Assembly: GCA_964035545.1 (NCBI GenBank)
Contig: OZ037765.1
Span: forward strand, 30,007,504 to 30,071,503
Direction of reading: 5' to 3'
Source: Bugula neritina
Lineage: Eukaryota > Animalia > Bryozoa
Length of the DNA: 64,000 bases
Each line of letters starts with the position of its first letter. Within the stretch, counting starts at the first letter, position 1. Both the position numbers and the translations under genes were made by a program. Below are positions 54,407 through 64,000 of the stretch, piece by piece. The notes below the pieces were generated by a model, which was not told where the DNA came from, did no database searches, and saw only the letters and a program-made list of their open reading frames with translations.

Positions 54407-56770
54407 TATTTAGAACTTCCTCGCAGTCAACAACTCAAATCTATTTCAGAATAAAAAAACTTACAAGTTAATTATACGTACGTTAATTATAAGCACATTT
54501 AAAGCTAAATGTTTTGTGAGCAACACAGAAAACTATCAAGTTTGACATATCAATATTGTGCTATGCAAACTATAAGTAGCTGTGAATATTGAATTATAAT
54601 GATAATAGCATTAATGTCTAATTGTTTTATCCATATTATAATTAAAATATTTGCAATGCAACCATTTTAAATAAGATATTTATCTTTTAGTAATTTACCT
54701 TTAGTAGATGATTAAATTAAATTTAGCTTGGTCAAACTAAAACCAAAAGTAAAACTATCAGAAAACTATTCAGTATTTACACTTATTAAAAAATTAAATA
54801 CAACTATTACTACTATAAGTATAAGTATAAGTATGATAACAACTCTAAAATAATAAGTAATAGCTATAAGTATAATTATACTATTATTATACTTAATACT
54901 TAGCAGTCACACCCTTAAAATTTCATCTTAATTCAATTTAAATAACCATAACTATAAGACTTAGACTGAGGCTGAGATTAAATTGAATTAAAATTTACAA
55001 AATGAAATCAAAATGAAAACCAGTTTAAATTTGAAAGTGTATGTTAAAGTTTTATTTTTAACAGCTACAGTAATTGTAAGGCTAAGTGTAACACGCTCAA
55101 ATTCAACAGTATGACATTGACTTAGACTATGAGTATCAGTATGAGACATGAGTAACTAAAAGTAAAAGTAAATTAAAACTAAAGGTGAACGCTAGTTATT
55201 AAAATTTCAGAGCTGAGACTGTTGATGCAAAGTAACTTTAATCTAATTCAATATTCTACAACCTTGAGTTTTTCCTAGCGTTCCAAGCTCTCAAAATTCA
55301 AAGGTATTCAAAGGTTTAATGCCAAGTCGTTTTCTCGGAAATATTAGTAATTTGATTTTCGTTTTGATTTTGTATATTTGTAAACACCGCCACAGCTTTC
55401 TAAAGCGCGTCTTCGCATAAGTTTGCTGATCTTAGTACTAGCAATTTTTTGAGTCAAAAGCATGAAAACATTCAACATTAATTTTATCGCAATACTAAAA
55501 AATTGTAAAGTAGAAAATACCACAATGACAATAAATGTCTATATTCGTTTTATTCATTCGAGTTTAATAGTTCGAAACTTCAAATATTGAAGAATGGAGT
55601 CGAATTGCGACGGTAAAACCTTCAATCCTATTTGACCTTTAACCTGGTAGAATCCCTGACTCTCTTCTATTATGAAGTTTAAGCTTCAGACTTTCAAGCC
55701 AGCCCGGTGATTAAGCAGGTGATTGCAACAGCTAAGAATAACGAGCAATAAAAGTCAACAATAATTAGTAATAGTTTACTGATTTCTTTAATGCCACAGA
55801 CTCCAAGCCTAACTAAAACTTCATAAGTGTAGGCCTAAAAATTGCTTGAACATACAACCCTTAAAGTTTAAACAGTCTGTAAATGGTAGCTAAGACATAA
55901 TGTATACCTGGATATTTTAATTCTAGAGTTATAGCTTATGCCCTATAGGCACTAAAGTCTAAACTATAACAATATTATCTTAAATTTCAGCATAATGTGT
56001 AGTTTGGAAAATTAATAGCTTTTTGTATCAACTATCAACCACACTGTAACCTAGGTTCCTTGCTTTCTTAATTATTTAGGTTTGGGTTAAAATTCACGAG
56101 AATAAATTTCTTCTTTTTCCTTTCTCATTTATGACACCATCTTCTCCATTACAGATCCCTGTATCCTTGACCAAGTGACAAATACTTTGATAAGTAGGCA
56201 AAGGTGGTATACATTTTCAAAATTGAGGTTTAGATGAGTTTTATTTAGACTCTAAAGCTCATTTGCGGTTGTTACAGTTGGCCAACAGTTATGCAAAACC
56301 AAAATGTATAAATCAAATATAAGAAATACAGCAGCTTGTTGAAGTTGTGCCTAATTGGTTTTTCAAGTTATAAATTATAAATCCTAAGATATTTTTTATG
56401 CGTAAACAGTTTTATTTTGTATACTCATCCCTGTTGAATAATACTGCAATTGACAGATATAGTGTAAAATGGTGCGACAACTAATGATAGAAAGAAAGTT
56501 GCCACTAAGCAAAAATTGTGTTAGATAAATTTGAAATTACAAAGGAAACAATAATAATAAATCATATTAGAAACACGCACAGGTAAAGTTTAAACTAGCT
56601 TTACCTTTATATCTACTGTAACCATACATAAAAGAGATGTCTTGATTAATTCGTTAGACTTCTAAAATGTATATATGAACTACTGCAATTATAAAAATTT
56701 TAATTTTTAATCTAGTGAAGAAACTTGAATATCCAATCTAAACTCTTTGTCAACTCAATACTCATCCCAA

Positions 56771-59700
56771 CTATTTGTTCTGCATTTTCTTAGCTCTAGC
56801 TTGGAGATTAGCAAGCTCCTCCCACATTTCTCGAGGTAGATCTTCATTCACCTGTTCTTTAAAATATTTGTCTATTTCATCACACTCATCTCTCAAGAAC
56901 TCAGGTGATAGACTGAACAACTCCTTCATATCAATTTCACCCAAACCTTCTACATTCAAAGACCCCGGCTTAGGAATAAGTCCGATGGGAGATTCCATGG
57001 CCACATCTTTATTGGCAACTCGATCCATGATCCATGAAAGCACTCTCACATTTTCACCAAATCCTGGCCATAGAAATTCTCCTTCATCATTTGTTCGAAA
57101 CCAATTAACGTGGAAGATTTTCGGTACTTTGTGTGGACTAGGCTCTAAGCTGAGCCAGTGTCTGAGGTAGTCTCCAAAATTGTAGCCGAAGAAAGGTCTC
57201 ATTGCAAATGGATCGTGCATTATCATCTTTTTCTTCCCTGAAAATAAGTAAGTAAGACTCATTCAAAATGAAAACTGTTGTACAAACAACTTCTAACATG
57301 TATTATGAACAGAGTATTTGTGAGGAGAGAACACTACTGCAACCCACCACCACCATGTTCAGCTGCTGCCGTGGCTTCTGATCTCATAGCAGCTCCAACA
57401 AACACTCCATGCTGCCAGTTGAAAGACTCATATATTAGAGGGACACCCTTGGGGCGTCTCCCACCAAATATAATAGCATCGATAGGAACACCAGCACTGT
57501 CTTCCCATGCTGGGTCCATAATAGGGCATTGGGCTGCTGGAGCACAGAATCTATAAATTAATCATTATGAAATTTAGTAAAACAAACAGAGATAATTAAA
57601 AATATATATTATTTAAAGAATCTAACTAAAAAAGTACAACAATTAAAGCAAAACATAATCTAGAAAGTATCTGTCATTGAAAAAATTGATCAAATTCAAT
57701 TGAAGTTGGCAGAATTAAGCTTGCTAAAACAGTGAATGACAAAAGGATGTAAATATTTTCTATATTTACCTGGCATTAGGGTGTGCAGCGGGATTTTTCT
57801 CATCTCCTGGCTGCCAGTTTTCTTGCCTCTTCCATGAGGTGATAGTAGCTCCGGGAGAAACTGCGTCATCATCTATTCCTTTCCAGTAAACCCCACCATC
57901 ACTGGTTTTAGCCACATTTGTAAACACAGTGTTTGACTGAACGAGCTTCATTGCTATTGGGTTAGTCTTCATTGAAGTACCTAAAGATTTTAGCAATAAA
58001 ATGTCTTGTTTACATGGATAAGACTCTAGAACAATTTTAAATATTAATGCTAACCAGCTTGGTAGGACTTGTAGAGCATGCAGCTTTAGATTCAAGTTTG
58101 GACAGCTTATAAAATATTTCAATTTCAAACACCCTGAATCTAAATATTACACCCAAGATTGAAAAATTTTGCAAAATAACAACTTTTTATATATGGCAAC
58201 CATGAAGATTTATTTTTCATAAAATAAAATTGCAGATATATACATGCAGTGCATGCAGTCTCTCTGCAAGAAGTTGTAGACTAGCTCCAATGGAATGGAT
58301 TTCTGATGCTCCATCACCATGTCAGCAAGCTTGGTAAACCTTACTATAGCAAGTTTAGAACTATCTTAAAGTTGAATTTATACTTCTGGTGAGAAAAGCT
58401 CCGAGTTTCAACTAATTTCACTCCGGTTAAAGTTTTGCTGAAAATCGTTGAAATTATATCGATACAGGAACTCACTTTCTAATAGTGAAATATTTGATGC
58501 TCCTTGAAAAGGAAATGAATTAATCAAGTTGACAGCAGAAAAGCAATAATTGATAAAGCGCAGCCGGTATAATTATAAACGTGAAGGTTTTTTTAATTGC
58601 TGAAGTTTTATTTAACACTTTTAGAAGGTCATCTAGTCGTCAAAGTCATAATTAAATACCGATATCTACAAGGAGCTATTATTGCTTTTGATTATTATTC
58701 TGAATTCCCCTCGATTAATTCATCACAGCATTAAACTTTTGACGAGTGGCTTTTACAATGCCATGCAGCTCGAGCAAATTTAATTTCTGAAGTTGCGTTT
58801 ATACCTCTGCTGAAAAAGTACCGAGTTTAAGTTAATAATGCTTGTCCGGGTACCCCTTTATAGTCAAACTGAAACTCGTTGAAATCATATCGATGCGGTT
58901 GCTCACTTTCTGAAATTGAAATTTGACTCGCATAATAGCTATTTGATGCCCTTTGTAAACGTCGGGAATTAGTGAAGCGGACAGCATAAAAGCAATAATT
59001 GAGAAGGTGTAGGCTATATAATTATAACCGTATAAGTAAGTTGTCTAATCGCCAAAGTAATAACTAAATAACGATGTTTACAAGGGTTTATTACTCCTAT
59101 TCTAAAATTGGCCGATTAAGTTATCACAGTACAAAAATTTTTACGAGTGGCTTTTACAATGCAATGCAACTCGGTGAAATTTCAACCAGGCCAAATTGAA
59201 ATTCTGACCGAAAATCGTGAAGGTATAAAGGCAACTTGACTGAAAACCGTGAAGGTGTAATAAACGAAACTTTACTTTTAAACTTGAAAGTATAAATTAT
59301 TATTTAGGCTGATATAATCTTGGGAGACAATGTCCTCTAGTTGAATATGATATAATCAATCGCTTCACTGCTACAAGCAGGCGAAAAAGAATGCAGCTTT
59401 TTGCAATGAAACTACATGCAGTTTGTATAAAACTGCAAAGGGTGTTTGAAATATTTCATACGCTGTCAAAACTTTAACTTTAATGGTTATACAAAATATG
59501 TTGCACATCTGCATCTACTGACCATGCTCCGAGAGTTTTAGTGAAGTGTAACCATTAGAGCAATGAAAAAATTGATAACAAAATGAGTTGTACTTAAAAT
59601 AATACAACACAAAGTGATGGAATTCGTACCTGGAGCAACTCCGAAAAATCCTGCTTCTGGATTGATAGCTCGGAGTTGTCCTTCAGAGTCGAATCTCATC

Positions 59701-62700
59701 CAAGCAATATCATCACCAACACACTCAATTTTGTAACCTGGCAATGATGGTGTCATCATGGCTAAGTTAGTCTTTCCACAGGCACTGGGGAAGGCAGCTA
59801 CTATATACTTCTTAACTCCTTGTGGGTTGGTGATTCCCAGGATCTGCAAGGAAAGTAAAAACTTGTTTGAAGTAAATATGTAACTAAAATATTATTGGGC
59901 ATCAAATTACAACAGTTGATCCCAATAGTTAAGCATTATTACATGCTAAATTATGCTGACAGAATCAAATTACAGCAACACGCACGAGGGAACCTTGTGT
60001 TAAGGTCCAAACCTTTGTATTCAAACCAGCAGTAAACAAGATATTGCATAATACTAGCTGAATATTATGTAACTCTATCAGCTCTAACATAGATAATGAA
60101 AGCAACAAGCAATGCTGGTGTAGTTGTATGCTGTATGGGTTACTAGTCTACTAGTCTAATTATAGGACCATACTGTCAAACATTGAATCAGTATTGAATA
60201 CTGCCAAAAAGACCCTGGCCACCCCAGATATTTTGGTGGATAAATTCATCACTGCTTCAAATAATGCTGTAAAAGTCCGCCATAATTTATATACAATGAG
60301 CAAACTTGAATATACAAAATTAACTCAATTTTTATTATCAGAACTTGAAACAGGACAGCCTACCAGCATGTGCTCTGCCAGCCAGCCCTCTCTCTTAGCC
60401 AGAATCCCACCAAAACGTAAGGCAAAGCACTTTTTACCCAGCAGAGAATTTCCACCGTAACCACTTCCAAATGATGCAATCTCATTCTTGTCAGGTATAT
60501 GAGCAACCATGATCTTCTCGCTGTTACATGGCCAGTTGTTCACCAGAGGTTCTATAATGATATTCACAAAGCACTATTTAACAGGACAACCTGATAGTGT
60601 AGGTAGTGTCTAAATAGCATTCATTGGTTTTAGCAAACAACATAGCATAACTATTGGTTGTTTGTAAACAAAGCAGTCATAGCCAAAATTCATGTAAGCA
60701 TCAAACCATAAGTGAGGAGTTTAAGCTGAGTAAAAATATTGTTTACAAAAGATTTATTATATGACTTCATGAAAGCTATTAAATATCTCAAAATATAAAT
60801 TGTCAACAATGTAACTCCTTGGTTAAAGCTTGCATATGCATATAGCATATGTTCACAAAATATACTTTCCATGTGTTACATAATATACTGTGTGTGGTGT
60901 GCTGTGAGAAGAGGGGGTGGAGGAATGGAGATATATACTAGAGACTAACAGCACATCTCACATATATACAGTAGATATAATATGTATGTATACAGACCAC
61001 ACACACATGGAAACTAGACTAGCAATGTGCTTCACATACTAGTTAGAGGTAGAGGTCGGCCCATAGAATGCAATCCTCTCACAAATTCTCCATCTCCAAG
61101 TGTCTTGAGTACGTCTGCACCCATCCTAGTCATAATTCTTGTGCACACCACAACATATGCGGAGTCTGTAAGCTCCATCCCAATCTTGGAAAAAGGAGAG
61201 CCAACTGGACCCATGCTAAATGGTATCGCATACATTGTCCGCCCTAAAACAGCACAAATAAGCTTTATCATACACATTTAGGTGCAATAGTGGAAAAACT
61301 GAGATAGCCCAAGTTCTTTAAAGTTCTTTATACATTTTGGTTTGAAGCATGGGTTAAAATTTTTGTGAAAACACAACTTCTGTTGCTACATTTTTCCATT
61401 ACTGCATCTGCCTCACAATGCAGGCATGCCGGTATATTATCTTACGCTATGTCAACAATATTATAATCTATTGATCGTTTTGCATAGCTAGTTACTAGTT
61501 ATGCTAAAGCAGTTACTAGTCACAGCTAAACGCATGACACCATCAGCAAGGTGCCTTTTGATGATCACGCATAGCATAACTGATAACATAGTAGTGTATA
61601 GGAGAGCATAAGGCAGTGCATCAGCTAGATTCAAGGTCAGCCATGGTGACGAGATAACTTTGAATCTCTTACAAATACATGATGGCATTACACGGATTGT
61701 GAGACACAGAATTATATGCTGCCTAGCTGTCAGCTACTTACTAATAAATGCATAGTTTATAAGAAGGATATCTTGACTTTACTACCATCATATGCTTTGT
61801 CATAAATATTGAAGCATGTACAATATACAATAGCAAGAAAGCATAAAGTTATGATACATTAAACAAAACTTTTAAGAAAACAACGATATAAATAAATAGT
61901 GAACGACACTAGCCAAAAAATATAGTTCAAAGACTTATGTCTACACAGTTTATTTTCTGCAATACTATGCCATATTGCTTTATTGGCATTTCTGTCTCAT
62001 TTATTTGGGTTATCATTAATGACCTTTAGAACAATATTGATTTCATCTTCCAAACATGTGACCCACTCTTGGTAAACAGAAAATACATTTTCCTAAACAA
62101 GTTGATTTTTTTTCTTTCGAGCAAAACAGTTTCCACCTGCTTTAGTCATGAAAATTTCTCTTATAGCGTCCTCCACTTCGAGCTCCCTTTTTTGCCAAGT
62201 GTGTTAGAAATAGGTTATAATGTAGAGTATGTATTGTAAGATAATCACAAACCTTTCATACAACCAGGAAATCTTTCATCAAACTGCTTACTAAACTCTT
62301 CTGGAGACATCCATTTAGCCAATTGACCTGCAATGCCATTGAGGGTAGTTGGAGTTGTTTGCCTTTTCTCCTTGGTTACAATGAACGTCTGCTTTTCAAC
62401 TCTAGCTACGTCAGCTGGATCAGTTAAGGCCAGCCAACTAAAACATTGCATTTAACCTTCATAACACCTCCATGTAATAAATGCTTACATCTTAGTAACA
62501 CTTTGAGTACTTCTTCAGGTGATAAAATTATTACAACTGTAAAGGTGTATAAGCTCTCAGACATAAATAATCAATAAAAACCTGTACTTCATCGCTTCTA
62601 GTAATGAAAACCTATAATACTTCATAGCTTCTAGTAATAAAAGACTTACTGCATGTGTGTACACAGTCCCTGCTGCAGCTGTTAGTTTCTACATCAATTG

Positions 62701-63381
62701 CACACACAGTATAGTTTATTTGTTCCCAGAAAAGAATACATGCTAGAAGCTGAAACATGATAGAGAGGTTGAGGACATACCAGTTGTCATATTTAGGTAG
62801 AGCTTGTATCATGCCATTTTCTAGTAGAGTGTCTATCATCTGCTGATTCTCCTCATCAGATCCATCACAGATGTACACATTGTCAGGCTGACATATTGCT
62901 GCCTTCTCCTCTATAAAACTGCGTACTTTAGGAGCTAGACTGCTCAGATTGCCTTTTACAACTGTGTACAGCCTCTTCTGCTCTGATGCTGCAGTTGTGG
63001 ACTGGTTACTGAAACAAATTGGGTCATTGAACAGCAAAACTTTCATAGTAATACGACATCTTGTATATGCTTGTGCACATACATGTTGGCATGTACATGA
63101 ATGGCAAATATCCTATATGGATAGCCATAGCAAAGTATTACCTTATTATTATATAGCCTAAGCATAATATTAATATAATAATAGTAGTACTATACATTTT
63201 AATCTTTTTTAGCTAAGCACCAGCTAAAATTACAGGGCCTAAGCTATAAAAACCATATGTCATCATACTTGCAGTTGTCCTAGTGTTAATTAAAATTAAA
63301 ACTTTCATGTCCTGTTTTCCAAAACAATATCCCCAAATTTCTAAAGTAAAATAAGTAACCTCACCTGTTAGTATTGGCCAT
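56771..63381 (-). CDS. PCK: Phosphoenolpyruvate carboxykinase (GTP). Exons 63381-63365, 63008-62781, 62437-62253, 61243-61040, 60551-60364, 59843-59630, 57980-57770, 57550 to about 57348, 57237-56771
   Basis: [56 protein letters not shown], the signature [56 protein letters not shown] and WPGFGEN. Confidence 0.97.
58369..59185. repeat. Diverged direct tandem duplication (about 420-bp period), probably the interior of a non-autonomous transposon
   Basis: tcgttgaaat.atatcgat at about 58445 and 58876; gacagca.aaaagcaataattga at about 58531 and 58980; acgagtggcttttacaatgc at about 58742 and 59143. Confidence 0.75.
61279..61410 (-). mobile_element. MITE copy 4 (internally deleted, inverted)
   Basis: taggtgcaatagtggaaaaactgagatagcc ... 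tttttccattactgcatct, the same termini as the other copies. Confidence 0.65.
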
Positions 63382-64000
63382 GGTTAGCAAAAGCAACTTC
63401 TTTCAATACACAGTGATGCGAGTAGCAGCTGGTTTTGAATGAAGCTTTATCGTCCTGAAAGCTAATAGCAACTTATATACATCAGTTGTGCAATCATGCG
63501 TGCAGGTTTCATTGGCCAATAGATTAATCCGTGACACTAGGCACGTAGATATTTATGCATGCTTGTCAACAACGAAGAAATCTAATTGGTTGATTGCAAC
63601 GTGTTGACATAAATATGCATCACGTTTGTTGGTGAAGTAGCATTATTAATAAACAATGCGCGAGTATGATTATACCATTATCTGTTATCAGCGTTTCCCC
63701 TGCAGCAATGCATGAGATCCTTTGTGTTTATGAGAATGGTATTGGAGCTCATAAGATTTAGAAATTATATTTAAACACAGTCAAGATACTACAACTAGAA
63801 GACTGAACACTGTAAGTTATAAGACTATTAGTATTGTAACATGTAATTACATTAATATTATTATTTACTCCCCTAGCTGCTAAAAATTTACTGATATGAA
63901 ACAAGTGATTATTTTTGGTACTCCAATAGAGAATTTGATTTTTATTGCAAGGATCTAGAATTGCAACTGTTAAAGTTGTCTTTTTGTGTTTAAACACTTC

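Noticed and set aside
61763-61772. ATATCCTT on the minus strand as an AT-AC U12 donor in PEPCK
   Set aside because: It is mid-intron, and the flanking PEPCK exons join correctly through ordinary GT-AG sites.

Overview
AT-rich, intron-rich eukaryotic DNA from an invertebrate animal; no prokaryotic features. By walking GT-AG junctions by hand I reconstruct five genes. (1) A 16-coding-exon TET 5mC dioxygenase (+, 1589-18214, about 1956 aa) with a CXXC finger, Cys-rich domain and split DSBH. (2-3) Two tandem 4-exon Golgi carbohydrate sulfotransferases (+, 20779-25285 and 29075-31012) separated by (AT)n and a 1.4 kb perfect (CA)n. (4) The centriole/cilium gene C2CD3 (-, 54406-31961). (5) GTP-dependent PEPCK (-, 63381-56771). 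Introns hold many minisatellites, a TA-flanked MITE family (4 copies) and a tRNA-derived SINE. Most notable observations: the TET CXXC has Asn-Ala where the CpG-reading His-Gln normally sits; TET carries a tail of about 500 aa beyond the usual terminal motif; a candidate internal promoter and alternative first exon would give a CXXC-less TET; a hammerhead-ribozyme-like core lies between the two microsatellites; C2CD3 has a U12-type intron and a 17-nt microexon; and tandem repeats multiply splice donors in three introns. All homology calls come from recalled motifs, not database searches.
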